Assembly (NCBI RefSeq): GCF_018350175.1
Contig: NC_058368.1
Span: 193,256,001 to 193,320,000, forward strand
Origin: Felis catus
Taxonomy: Eukaryota
Length of the DNA stretch: 64,000 nucleotides
Direction: 5' to 3'
Below, piece by piece: positions 1 to 13,010 of this stretch. The notes beneath the pieces were generated by a model, which saw only the letters and a program-made list of their open reading frames with translations, had not been told where the DNA came from and did not search any database. The translations under genes and the position numbers were made by a program. Every line of letters starts with the position of its first letter. The first letter of the stretch is position 1.

Positions 1-98
1 CAGCTCAGAGCCCGACGTGGGGCTCAAACCCATGAACTGTGAGATCATGACCTGAACTGAAGTCGGATGCTTAACCGACTGAGCCACCCAGGAGCCCC
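1..98 (-). mobile_element. CanSINE (SINEC_Fc-type) 5' part, cut by the window edge
   Basis: Reverse complement begins GGGGCTCCTGGGTGGCTCAGTCGGTTAAGCATCCGACTTCAG, a tRNA-derived head. Confidence 0.9.
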
Positions 99-1317
99 TG
101 TTTTGTTTCTTTTAAGATACCAGGATTCCTTGGCAAGAAAAAACATTGTCATGTGTCCCTACCACCATTTTCTTTTTTGGTGCCGTACTGGTCCATGACG
201 CCTCTAGTCTAGGATCCACTGGACTTCTGGGGGAAAAGACTTCGAGGATCTCTGCATCATTCCTCCAGAAGGGGAAGGACAGCTATTGATGAGTGAGGTT
301 TAAAGGCATTAGAGGGACCATGGAGGGAGAGAATTTCCTTGGACTCAATTAAAGGTCAGGTGTACAAGTGAGCATGGACATTCCAACTCTTCCTTTCATG
401 GGACTTGACGGTTCTGAGGACCAGGGTGCTCCCTCTGTGAAGGAGGTCCAGCCACTTCCCTTCTCCCCTTATACCTCTCTCTGAGCCCTGCAGCACTCTC
501 TCCTATATAGTCTTCAAGGGACGAGTAAACCACTTCTGCTGAGGGCCTTCTTTGGTTGGATGTTTCTGCTCCTGTGCTGAGGCCAAACCAGGGTCATTTT
601 GCTTGGAGTGGGAGCCACAGCCTCAGCAAGAACCAAAGCATGTTTGGCCTGGCTTCTTAAGGGGAAGAGTAGTTGGGTCTAGGACAGGCCTGGGTGTTTG
701 TGGACCTGGATCCTAGACAGCACCTCTTAATCACCTACCTTTTAGATAATAATTTCAAAGACCCCTTCTGTCTTTATAGTACAGATTATGACACTGTCGG
801 TTTGGACCATCTAGGGTAAACATCATCACTGACAGGGCAGAAAGCTAACAGCACATGGGATTCTGCTGGCCCACTAGCTTGGAGTGGTAGGTAACGTGGG
901 GGAGGTTAAACAGTGATCAAGCAGATGGAAATAGCTAGTGGGGTTATGTCAGGAGCCTCAATTAAATTGCAGACATCCCCACGTATTGTTAGGGAATACA
1001 GGTAAGGTCAAAGTTCCCTTCACCTGAGACCACCACAGGTGGTTTTCCCCTTGGAGTATACTCAAGGAACAGACAGTCCTGGGATCTCATGAGAAAGGAA
1101 TGTTGGTCAGCCATTGAGTCAGCTAGAGACAGATGTTTTGCCTTTGGTTTCTGACTGTACAAAATAACACAAAGGAATTGGTTTAAAAAAAAAGAAAAAA
1201 AACCATATGTAGAGCACTCTATTTCTCCATCTGAGGTGGAGAAAAGAATCTGAGTCTGGGTTGAGTACCTCACTAATCTCTGGTCAAGATATGTGGAAAG
1301 ACCTGTAACTGTGCTTC

Positions 1318-1428
1318 TGGTGACCAACTGGCCCAGTTTGCTTGGAATTTTCCTGGTTTTAGCACCAAAAGTTCCACATCCTGGGAACCCTCTCAATCTT
1401 GGGCAAACCAGGATATTTGGTTACTGCA
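1318..1428. mobile_element. MER81-like hAT MITE
   Basis: GGTGACCAACTGGCCCAGTTTGC...GGTTTTAGCACCAAAAGT...GGGCAAACCAGGATATTTGGTTAC: about 110 bp with imperfect terminal inverted repeats, resembling the recalled MER81 consensus. Confidence 0.7.
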
Positions 1429-1984
1429 AGTATACCTCAGTTTTCCCAGTAAGATGGGAATAATTACAAGCTCCGGCTCCAGCTGTCTGTATTGTGAGGA
1501 GCAAATGAGATGACAGATGTTAAAGTGCTTTGGGGTTACTTGTGGACAAGTGGCTGGATTGGAAGTGCCACAAAAGCCACACCTCTTTGTGTTGGCACAT
1601 GCTCTACCTGGTATACTTGGCCACTGTGTAGAACCCATTCATCATATAAGCCTCTGGCATATGTTGTTCTCTGCAAATCCTCCTGCAAGGCCCAGGCAGA
1701 ACGCATCAGGCCTTCCTTTCTGTCCCACTGTACTTGCATACCCTAGAATAGCAAGCTCATCACGCTATTATCCATTGGCTGGCTCCTCCAATCAGAGGAG
1801 TTCTTTAATGGAACCCAGCACAATAGCTAACAAAAGCTTTTTGATGAATTTTTTTTTGAATGAAGGAGTTTTACATTTCTGAAATATAGTTGTATCACAA
1901 CAATATATGTTGTATTACCCAACCCCCCAGAAGCTGCATACTAGTTTTACATGTGTGATATCTATTTCTGACCCTGTAGCTCTT

Positions 1985-2037
1985 TTTTTTTAAGTTTATT
2001 CATTTTTGAAAGAGAGGGGGCACAAGCAGGGGAGAAG

Positions 2038-2130
<93 letters not shown>

Positions 2131-2270
2131 AGGAGACACAGAATCTGAAGCAGGCTCCAGGCTCTGAGCTGTCAGCACAGAGCCCGACGCAGGGCTCAAA
2201 CTCATGAACTGTGAGATCATGACCTGAGCTGAAGTTGAATGCTTAACCGACTGAGCCACCCAGGTGCTCC
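1985..2270 (-). mobile_element. CanSINE with expanded internal (CA)n(GA)n microsatellite
   Basis: Poly-T, (CA)n, (GA)n, then SINE body ending CCCAGGTGCTCC; degenerate TSD gaccctgtagctc/ggccctgtaactt. Confidence 0.92.
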
Positions 2271-3389
2271 AGGCCCTGTAACTTTCTTTGGGGTCCTTTG
2301 GCTAGCATCACTTGGTACAGTGCAGAGACCTGGATGGGGACCGGAAGTCTGGCCCCTCCAGCAGGGGTGCTACGGACAGAAGGTATTTCTGGAGGCATTC
2401 TTGATCCCCAGTCTGCCCCACGTTGTGAGAAGCAGTGCACTTGCAGCTCATAGTAAACCACATCCGGTCCTGTAACACAGAACCATTTGCCAGCAGCCCC
2501 GCCACAGGGTCTGTATCAGACACTTCAGATGCTTGACAAAAGATAATGGAGGGAATGAATGAAAGCCTCCCTACAATTAACAGAGGGGGTTGTAAACACC
2601 ATTCCGGGCAAGAGCCAGCCCACTGGTCTCATCTCAGCCACCTCTGGTTCAATGAAAGGAAGGAAAGCTGGGCCTATTCTAAGGACTGGCCACCAAAAGA
2701 CAGACATCAATGTGAACAGAATGCTGAGCAGGCCAGCAGGACCATTATTTTCTTGTGGACTTTAAAATACACAGAGTCATCATGTTGGAGAATGGTCTCC
2801 TCCAGTGACAGAGAATGGCTCCCGAGGGAGAGAGGAACGCTGATCTCCCAGGTCTCCCACCCTGGACCCAAACTTGTCTCTAGCTCTCTTCCTCCTCCCC
2901 CTTTCCACTACCACCTCCAGCCCCTCCTCTGTTCTTTCAGCAGCTTCCCCCTCCCATTTGTCTTTTATAATGGGATTCCATGAGCGATTTCATTTGAGGG
3001 AATGATTCCCTGCTGCAAACAGCAATAGAAAGATAGAAAAAGAATGCATGAATTACTCTCCCCTTCACTCTTGTACTGTATGCTTGCTGGGTCTTTTACC
3101 TGAAATATCTTTCTCCCTGTCTTGCTCGTATATATTCTCCCCACTGGTTTGGGGCCCTGTCTGGGGACTGCTACCTCCTCTTGGGTGCCTCCCCAGACTC
3201 CCACCTGAAGGGTAAGACATTAGTCCCTCCCTGCATGGTTTTCCCACTGCGCCTTGTTCATCCATCTACTGATCTATTGATCATCTATCATCTTCATGGG
3301 ATTTCCTCTCTTTTTTGTATTACTATTAGTTGGTACTAGCCTGTGTCTTCTCTATTCCTCTCTTAACTGTGACCAACACTCAACGTTTG

Positions 3390-3997
3390 AACAGTGCATG
3401 CAAAAATTGAGATTTCCAGTTTCTTTGAAAAACCAGATCTGGCAACGTTCTGACACAGCAATATATTAAATCAGAACGGAGTGGAGCCTTTTCCCTCTAC
3501 ATAGGCATATATTCTTTTGTTCACCAAGTCCCCATCATTTTCTCTGATCACTCAGAGACTGTCACTTATAGGATAATGTGGTGGATAAAAGAACAGACTC
3601 TGAAGCTGGACTGCCTGCATTCAAATTCAGGCTATGCCACTCACTAGCTGTGTGACTTTTGATAATTTACTTAACCTCACTATGCCACTGATTTATTATC
3701 TTAAAAATGAGATTCTTAACAGTACCTACTTTGTTGGGTTCTTATGAGGATTACGTGAATTAGGGAATGCATCTAAGGACTTAGAGAGTGCTTGCCATAT
3801 ATAGCAAGTGCTCAAAAAATGTTAACCATAATTATTATTTGTCAGAGTGTTTGCACTGTTATTTTGTTAGAATAGAGAAAGAGTGACTGTACTCATGGGT
3901 CTATTAAAAATAAGGAAAACATGTAAGAGTTTAATGCAAATCCATTTTACTCATTTTCTTCACCTGGCCCTTGGGGGCATTTTTGTTGCAGCCCCTG
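3390..3997. mobile_element. MER102-like hAT element interrupted by a MIR (about 3570-3835)
   Basis: ATTTCCAGTTTCTTTGAAAAACCAGATCTGGCAAC and terminal CCTGGCCCTTGGGGGCATTTTTGTTGCAGCCCCTG; MIR core GCCACTCACTAGCTGTGTGAC...TTAACCTC lies between them. Confidence 0.55.
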
Positions 3998-4201
3998 CAT
4001 TAGATAGTCAGTCTTAGGGGTCCCAATGTCATGATCATCTTGCTTTCCTTAAGAGCACTTACTTTAGTGCTTTGAAAAATCCTATGCCAGGAATATTGAT
4101 AAAATTAAATTGTGTGATCATAGTCCTGTGCTTTCATCTGTTGCCTTTAGGATGTGCATTAGTAATGGCCAAAGAGACTCATGAGTTAGGTTGGTTGGTT
4201 T

Positions 4202-4385
4202 GGGGCACCTGGGTGGCTCAGTCGGTTAAGTGTCTGACTTCGGCTCAGGTCATGATATTGCGGTTCGTGGGTTTGAGCCCTGCGTCAGGCTCTGTGCTGA
4301 CAGAGCTCAGAGCCTGGAACCTGTTGCATATTCTGTGTCTCCCTCTCTCTCTGCCCCTCTCCTGCTCATGTTCTGTCTCTCTCTC

Positions 4386-4417
<32 letters not shown>

Positions 4418-4441
4418 AGATAAATAAACACTTAAAAAAAA
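4202..4441 (+). mobile_element. CanSINE
   Basis: GGGGCACCTGGGTGGCTCAGTCGGTTAAG head, (CT)n tract, AATAAA and A-tail. Confidence 0.93.
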
Positions 4442-7400
4442 GGGTTGGTTTAATTTATGTTATATAGTTATACAGTAGAACTAGTATTTTCTGGTTCTCA
4501 TGAATCTACACAAGACCAGACACATCAACTGATTTTATGACATACTCAGAAAGTCACCATATGGAAGTTGGCCAGGTAGGAATCAGTCAGTGGGACAATC
4601 AATAGGAGTTTTCTACGTGCTAAATTTTCTACTAGGTTCTGTGGGACAGTTGGCCCTTGCTTCACTGGACCGTACTTTGAAATATAGGTAGAAAGAAGGA
4701 AGCAATAAGAGAAAAGACACCAGAGTGGGGACAAGTTGTGGTGTTTGTAGGCCACAAGTAGCCTGGGCTTGAATAGTGCTATGGATTTTTTTGTCTTAAC
4801 ATTCCTCCAGAGGAATAAATTTAATTCCCCTCAGAATAGAGAATATGATTAAGAGGTCATTATGTTCTTTTCCTGCTAGATGTGTGTGCTGAGGAGGCAT
4901 GAATAATCTATGCAAATATGCCTGCCTGACTTTCTTTTGTTTGGAGACTCCCCTGACTCCCTACCTCCGGCTCCTTAGGATATCAAGTCAACTCTGCTTA
5001 GGGATTCACCTGGGATTTGCCCCTTTCCTCCCTGAGGCAAAGGCTGCTTAGATGTGATTACCAAGCCCATGATCTCAGCACATGGGGTGATTCATAAAAG
5101 TTACTAAAACAGATGACCCAGAGTTTCTGTGCAGGGGTTCAACTCAGGGCCATCCCTTCCCCTTCCTTTCTGCTTGCCCTCAGAAATCAGGATTTGCGCG
5201 GGACTTTTCTACTTTTAGGCATATGGATGGAAGCAAGGTGGCTATTAGCTAACCTTTGGGGGGCACTGAGAGAAAAAGAGAATAAAACTGTCCATTCAGA
5301 TATTTCTGTCTCTTGGTATGCTGAAATTTCATGCACTATGATGTAAAGAAGCTGAGAGTGGTCTGGCCCAGAGAAGGCAATCACCACTTGTTTGGATCAG
5401 ATCCCCAAACCAACAGAATAGATGGTGAGTGTTGAGGGGAAGCAGAAGGGAAAGGAGAAGTGGGGGAGGAAAGGGGATTAATGGTCAAGAATTCCTTATG
5501 CACCATGCAAAGCTTATAGTAGGAACCCCATTTGGAAGATGAAAAATCTAAGACTCTGAGAGATTAAGTAATGATAGTTAACATTTCTTAGTCACTTGAA
5601 TATGTGCCAGGCACTGTGCTAAGCACCTTATATTATCTAATTTAATTATTTAACAACCACCAATGTGAATGCTAGTGTTACCTCCAGTTGTTGTACTTGG
5701 GGAAACTGAGAAAGGTGAAGTAACTTGTCTGAGCAACTCTGGTCATTAGCTGGCAGACCTGGGATTTGTCCTCAGACCTGACTTTAAGGCCCTAACAATC
5801 ATCTGATGGTCCGTACGGCTGTTTGCTACATATCTAAGATCTGACAGGTTGTAAATGTGGGAGGCTGGGTCTGAACGAGAGTCTGATCAACACCAAAGCA
5901 CATTCTCTTCCCACACCCACAAACCCTGAGTGGCAGGACTGGGACAGGTACCCAGACCTTCTCCCCCTTGCTCTGCCTTTGTATAATAGCAGCTGCCTTC
6001 TTGGAAAAGAACACTGGCAAGTCTGAAAGAAAGTTGCTGATGAGAGGGAGAGAGAGGGGGAAAAAAAAGATGCTATTTTTGACAGCAACAGCCTCTTAAA
6101 AGAAAGCAACATACAATTTGTATACCAGCGGGAGAAGGTAGTGCTTCAGCAGGCAAATCACAGCCCGTGCTGGGTCACTGTTCTTGCCGTGGTAAAGGCC
6201 ATTCATTTCCCGGGTCATTCATCTCCCCAGATCCATCCTTGCCACCTCACTCTGTCTGCCTTCCTCCTCTTTCTCTTACTCTGTGTCGCTCTGCCATTTA
6301 CAAGCTTCTCAAGCAGGCATGGTAAGAACAGAGCCGTAACAGGAGTAAGTGTGCATTTGCCTTTGTGGTTTTAACACAGTCCTTCAGAATACACCTGCAC
6401 CACGGATCTCCATCCCAGCCTGGTGCTTCAGGAGGGAGTGCTCTGGCTGTGGAGGCCACCTGGTGTCTCATTTCCCCTCATGTTTTAAGGATGCCACCTT
6501 AAAAGGTGGCAAAGGCAGTGAGGGGTGTCTTCATTAGCACAGAGGTGGGAATGTGGAAGGAAGGACGGTTCAGGAGTCAGGGTTTATGCTTCAGCTGCAT
6601 CCCACAGATCACGGTGAGAACTTGGGCAGAATGTCATCTCTCTGAATCTTAGCTTCCTAACTCGTGAAAAGGAAATGATAATGCCTAAATCAAAAGGCAA
6701 GAGGAGGGTTCATGCCCGAACAGTGCCTAGGGCACTGAATGCATAGGCATTGCCCAGCACACAGTAGGTGGGGAAGGAATGAAGTTTCCTCCCTCTTTGT
6801 GCTGATAGTACAGTCAATCTAAAATGGTTAGCTCTTCTTTGGTGAAAGGAGTCCAAAGCACAACAGTGTTTTTTGAGAGGCGTGAAAATCCTTGGAGGTG
6901 TGTTAGGTGCAATCTGTCATGGGTCAGTGGGGAAACTTAGCTTACACTGGATGTGTCTTCTTCCATTTTTACATGTGGGGCATTGGCATCACCTGGTGCT
7001 ATGGCCCCATCCTGGGGACAGACGGATATGTGTGGCCTCCTAATGCAAAAGGGAGAAAAGGGCTCCCTGGGGAACTCAGGGCTACAGTGAGCCACTTCCC
7101 TTTGCAGGACCATGGCTTTCTGACTTGCAGGACTAAATGCAATTGTACACGTGTGAGTTGGGGGAGGGGCAGTACCTGATCTTTATCCTCTGAATCATCA
7201 TGTCTTCCTCACAGTTTCTGTCCTTAGATCCATTTTTTTTTTTTTTGCCCCAGTGGCCAAGAAGAGGTCCCAAAATCAGGTTGCCTGGCTTGAAAATCCA
7301 GCTCTCCAATTTCCCCACCAGGTAATCCTGGGCAGGTTCCATAACCTCTCTGTGCCTCAGTTTCCCGAACTATACGATCAAGGTGAAAACAATACTACCT

Positions 7401-7674
7401 TCACAGGGTTGTGAGGATTACATAAGCTAATGCACATCAAATATTTCATAGAAGCTCCGGGGATGAGTCAGGACTCAATAAATGTTAACAGTAGTCTCAT
7501 CATCACCACTAAAATGCTAAATCAAGCCCTCATCACCCCACTGCCTGGACCTTTGCACTGGGCTGCCTCGCAAGTCTCCTAGGAGGATTTCTCAGTTTGC
7601 TCTACAACCCATCCCACGTGTCCTGACCTGAGAAGCTTCTGTATTGATGCAGCACTCCTTTGGCAGACCTCCAG

Positions 7675-7675
7675 T

Positions 7676-7756
<81 letters not shown>

Positions 7757-7759
7757 CTG

Positions 7760-7798
<39 letters not shown>

Positions 7799-7800
7799 CT
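7675..7800. repeat. Compound microsatellite (CT)n-(CA)n
   Basis: About 85 bp of CT repeats followed by about 17 CA units. Confidence 0.95.
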
Positions 7801-7976
7801 GTCTCTCTCCTTCTCTTTGTCCCACCATCCTTTTTTCTCTCTCTCCCTTTTTATCCCCCATTCCCTCCCTCTCTCCCTTTCTCTCCAGCTCTTCTGAGGA
7901 TGCAGGCAAATCCAGCCTCTCTGCTCAGAGAGCTTTGTCTCTGATCAGGCCCGACCTGGGTCACAGAGTTCATGGG

Positions 7977-7990
7977 GTTACCATGACAAC
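7977..7990. promoter_or_regulatory. RFX X-box motif
   Basis: GTTACCATGACAAC, a near-palindromic match to GTTNCCATGGNAAC; motif only, binding unproven. Confidence 0.45.
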
Positions 7991-8674
7991 AAGCATCCCT
8001 GGCTACCCATCAGGAGACAAGGACCAATTGAAAAGGCCTGTCATTGCCCTGGGACATACTGTATTTATTCTCAGCGGCAGGCCCTGAACAGTACTATACT
8101 ATGGGAGGAGGGTGGGAGGGAGGGAGAAAAAGAAATATCAGGGTTTTATTTTTTTAGTGTGTTCTCTGTGGGGGAGGACCACAAATTGTTCTCAGAGACA
8201 TTTCTAATGCAGCCGGTGCTAGGGGGTGAGGCTGATGCTCACGTGCATTTCTGATGAACACAGTGCGTTTCACAGAGAAGGGAAACATGTTATCTGGTTC
8301 ACAAGTGACTTTTTGGTAAGTCTAATGGGAAGAGGAGAGGGGTGGAGAATTAACATTAATGAGTACCCTCTGTGACAAGCACTTCGTGCTATTTCATCAA
8401 AACTCAGAGCAACGGCAATGAATTATTATTACTCCAATTTTACAGAAAAGAAAACAGAGGCTCATAAAGTTATAATGACTTACCAAGTGAGGTCCACCTG
8501 CTGGTGAAGTAATGGCCCTTGAACCTGAATGAAGGTTGCTTGACTCCAAGGATCATGGTTTGGACACCATTCAATGTAGTTTCCCTGTCATGCTCCCATC
8601 GTATTAACCTTCCTTCTCTTTCTAAGCCGCTGCCTTCTCAGATCTTGTCCATCTCTCTTCTCTGACCCCGAGCC

Positions 8675-8870
8675 CTGTTTCTCAAAATGGACTGCTGTCT
8701 GCCTATAACAGAGTTGCCCCGGGACTTGTTAAAATTGCACATTTCTGGGTCCCACCCTGGATCTGTGGAATCAGAAATTGCAGGAACAAGAATCTAGAAA
8801 GGAGCATTTTTAACCAGCTTCCCAAGATAATTTGACACGTACTGCAGTTGGGGAATGGTTCTTTAGAACA
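8675..8870. mobile_element. MER5A-like hAT MITE
   Basis: CTTGTTAAAATTGCACATTTCTGGGTCCCACCC...GAATCAGAAATTGCAGG...GCATTTTTAACCAGCTTCCC. Confidence 0.65.
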
Positions 8871-11635
8871 ATAGGTTTAGCACCACACAAAACAGCACTT
8901 GCTTATTTGTTTCCCAATTACATTCTGGGTCACTGTGATTCTCCAAAAGAGAACTCTCTTATGGTCTCTGTAGCACTCAGATCAGCACTGGGCAAAAAAA
9001 AAAAAGTTGTTCAAGAAAGGCCCACCGAACTAACTTGAAGATGTCATTCATGTCACGAGGTCCTAGTATGGAGGTGGGCAACTAGACGACCCTCAATCCC
9101 TGGAAGTGGGAACGCTTCCCACAAAACCTTATGTTATCTCTTCCTGAGTCATGGCCTTCACCTCCCTCCTTCAGCCATATGCCAATGGAGACAGACAGTT
9201 CTTAGTAGATACTTCCCAGAATAGGGTTGTGTGAGGGAGAAAAATGTATTCAGTCAGAATACCAGTGTGACTAAAATGTTGATGAGCAATCTTAAACTTA
9301 TGTCTGATTAAAAAAAAAACACAACACCAAATACAGGCAAGATACAGTCAGTGCAATAGGGAAAGAGAAAGGTGATTGGGAGCCTCCACCGTTCTTGCTG
9401 CAACCCTCCCAGCAATGCCTTTCTGAACCTTCTAGGCACCCCTGAGGTAAAAGTGAGGAGATGCCAATAAGTCTTTTGGGAGGTCAACCCCATATCTGCC
9501 CACTTTCTGTCTGTGCCAGAATCAGTTTGTACCTGGTCAGGCCTTAGGCAAGAGCACAAAAGTCTCAAAAAGCTCACATAACAGACTTCTTTTCCAAACT
9601 ACTAAGACTTAAGGTAGAGGTGATGTCTGGTAAAGAACATAGAGCCCACCATTTCTATCTGTTGCCATCCCATTATGATCTGTAACCACATTCATCCTCC
9701 CCTACCAGAATAACTGCAACAGCCTTCTAAATGGTCTCTTTGCTGGTGATCCTCCTCCCTGTGACTCACATTGCAAACCACTGCCAGGATCATCTTTGGG
9801 AGCCTGTTTGGTCCAGGATCCCTCTACATCAGTGGCCTTTAATGGCCCCTCCTGACATTGAATAAAAAATACAGAGGCATCTGAAATCCTTCACAGTATG
9901 ACCTCAGCCAATTGCTTCTACTTATTAATGCCTTCTTTAGTTAAAGTGGATCCTTTGTTTTTCCTGAAAGCAAGCCCCTCCATTTTCTCACCTCTGCTCA
10001 TTTGGTCCCCTTCATCTGGAGCGCCCTCTACCCATTCCTCATCTATCACAATTTCTTCAGGCCTATGTTGAATGTTATCTCTGCCACAAAACCTTTATAA
10101 ATCCTTCCACTCAAATGTTGACTCTCCTCCTTTGGTATGTTGCTGACTCTTATGGCACTGGGTAGAACAGCAGGCCCCTGTGTAATTCGGCTCATGAGCT
10201 CTTCTTGGTGACAAAACATTTAGGGGCTGGGACTGCATCTCTCTCGCTGCTCCCCCCTGAGGTGTATACAGAGGGCTTTGTGGGGAGATATTCAGAAAGG
10301 AATCTGTGAATCTGAATGGAAAGCACAGGGAGTGGATATCAGACCCTTGTGGGTACCCATCCACCATCCACTAAGCTGTAGGAGGAAGCTCCCATCCCCT
10401 GGCCCATACATCTGGCATGGACAAGACACATGACAGAAAACAAACATGTCATGAGCGCAGAGACCAGAAAAGACTCCATGTAACCACGGTCACAGTTAAA
10501 GACCAGATTTTGACCAGCGTCCTGATTAGGGTATAACTCAGCAAATCCATCAAATTCCTGGTAAATGGCTTGTGAAGGAGAATCATTTGTTGAGATTTTA
10601 ACTCAGGCCAATCTGGTGTGGCTTCCTTCTTGGGTTGGTAAAACATGGGCCATGCCCCCATACTGAGCAGATTTGAGAACACTGTCTCTAACTGAAGGGA
10701 TTGTTCATCATAATAAAGAAAGGAGACTTCACTTGGGCCCAGTAAATACATTCAGTTGGCAATAAAAGGGCCCAATAGATCATAATTAGTTGATTTACCA
10801 ATTGCCTTTCCCTAGTGACTGGCATTGGCTGAGCAGGTCTTTATCTATAACCTAAGGGCTTCAGAAACATAATTCAGCCCCTTGCCCAACCCCAGACATG
10901 CAGTGACAGCCAACAAACAGCATCTGTTTCAAAGAAACACCACCTGTCCAAATGGAAAATCAAGCATGGAGCCACTTCGCTTCATCAGAGTATTTGTTTC
11001 CAGAGCAGAAGAGACAAAAACACCATTCTGTCACTAACACAGCCTTTTAACACTCCTTAGGGACCATGGCCTGGCTTCTGCCAAGTAGAGTTGGCAAGTT
11101 TTAGAGGAACAGTTGGACCTTAGATATCAGTTCTCTGACCTTCTGAGACAGAGCTGGGTGATCTGCCTTGGAGGAACTTGCATCTTTTTTTCGGCAGGCT
11201 GGAAGGGGGTGAGTGCCCTGTAGGTATGGTAGGGTCTGGCTTTACAGGGAGCAAGTGATGGAGAAAGACTGCCAGGGAAGTCCTTTTTAATGCAGGTACA
11301 GGCACTGAACCTGGAGCACATCTGCCTATGAGGGGTACAGAAGCGCCACTTTTATAGGGCAGAAGGGAAGTCTGTAGCGATGCCTGTAGTGTGCTAAAGC
11401 AACCTTCTGTAAAGACATCTTTGCAGAAAGAGTTTGCAGCTTTGTGAATGGCTGAACAGTGTTGTGAAAAGTATTTCCTGTGATTCTAAATAATTTGAAT
11501 TAAAATTTATTTCTACTGCCATATTGTCTTTAGCACATGTAAGCTCCTTTTAAATGGGGACCAGAGGAAATAGCTACCATCCCTTACTCTTTCCTCACTT
11601 TCCTCCTCTGCCATGAAGAATGCTTTCCTGGGACC

Positions 11636-11856
11636 GGGGCGCCTGGGTGGCGCAGTCGGTTAAGCGTCTGACTTCAGCCAGGTCACGATCTCGTGGTCCG
11701 TGAGTTCGAGCCCCGCGTCGGGCTCTGGGCTGATGGCTCGGAGCCTGGAGCCTGTTTCCGATTCTGTGTCTCCCTCTCTCTCTGCCCCTCCCCCGTTCAT
11801 GCTCTGTCTCTCTCTGTCCCAAAATATAAATAAACGTTGAAAAAAAAATTTTAAAA
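11636..11856 (+). mobile_element. Young felid CanSINE (SINEC_Fc) with 20-bp TSD
   Basis: Full-length and CpG-rich; TSD AAGAATGCTTTCC(T/C)GGGACC at 11616-11635 and 11857-11876. Confidence 0.96.
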
Positions 11857-12030
11857 AAGAATGCTTTCCCGGGACCAAATCAGTGATCCCAGCCTACTAA
11901 GATGGCTGGAGTAGGCACATGGGTCTTTGTGACATTTGGGTTGCCATGACTCTTGATATTTGACTATTCCTTGAGAAAATAGCACCATTTGGGGCATGCG
12001 AGGCCAAGATATGATGGAACCCTGGCTGAA

Positions 12031-12060
12031 GTGTGTGTGTGTGTGCGCGCGCGCGCACGC
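12031..12060. repeat. (GT)n(GC)n alternating purine-pyrimidine tract
   Basis: gtgtgtgtgtgtgtgcgcgcgcgcgcacgc. Confidence 0.9.
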
Positions 12061-12769
12061 TCACATTTTCTGTGACCATTTTGCAATTCTATGTTTCATG
12101 GAATCTCTACACTATTCATTGCTAGAACGATTCCTTTGAATGAAAAAATGAGAGGGAGAATCTCACAGAGGGAAGAGGGATTTTCCTAGGTTAGAAACTC
12201 ATGGCCATTTTAGGATGAACATTACTCTTCTATTTTTGAGTCAGGAAACCCCATCGTTATCATAAAAGTTGCCACTGGAGCAATTGGAGCACTGGGGGGA
12301 GAGTTGGGAGCATGTGGCCATTATTTGGGCCACATGACTTAAAAATCAACCATCAGTGATCTATATTTGGAATATGTTCCTTTTCATTTATTTTTCCCTT
12401 GCTCTTGCTTTCTTTCCCAAAACCCATAAATAGCTTGTTATGTCTTACAGAGATGTAAACAACAGAATTAGGGTCTTCTTTATTAAAGTAGAATTATTTT
12501 CAACATTTATCCCAAAAGAATCTATAGGCATGCAAAATCCACAAAAGCAGTGTCACTACTCAAAAAAGTGGTATTTGGTGCATTAAAATGACCATCTACT
12601 CTTGCCTTTTGTCTTCACAGTGATGAGTGGATACTCTGGGTTCCAAATGTCTGCTTTTTAATTTTTTTTTTGAGTTGTGTGTTATTGCTTGACATGTGAG
12701 AATAGGTACCGGGAACCTGGCAGTAAAGTCTCCTGCCTTTAATCATGCTGTCAGTCATAAAGTCCAGTG

Positions 12770-13010
12770 CAGCATTAGAATTAGGTCACAGGCATGGGCT
12801 CTGCAATCAGACTACCTGAACTTGAAATCTGGCTACTTCCTTATTAGCTGTTTGTGTCAAGCTAGTCAGGTAACTTAAATCTGTTCCTCTGTTTTTCATC
12901 TATAAAATGGGGATAATGGTACTTTATAGGTATGAGGTTTATATGAGATGATGGACATACCATAGCATCTGGCATAGAGTAGGCATTCACTCAGTGGTAG
13001 ATTTTATTAT
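12770..13010. mobile_element. MIR SINE (one of many MIR fragments in the window)
   Basis: TATTAGCTGTTTGTG...CCTCTGTTTTTCATCTATAAAATGGGGATAAT MIR core and 3' tail. Confidence 0.7.

Noticed and set aside
6393..6412. REST/NRSE-like CCTGCACCACGGATCT
   Set aside because: Only the central GCACCACGGA matches; both TTCAG and GGACAG flanks deviate.
6492..6511. Palindrome TGCCACCTT-AA-AAGGTGGCA
   Set aside because: About one 9-bp stem with a short loop is expected by chance in 64 kb; no supporting context.
7579..8087. ORFs of 63-147 aa with SL, ER or HT repeats
   Set aside because: Translation of the (CT)n(CA)n microsatellite; the same applies to 36994-37345.
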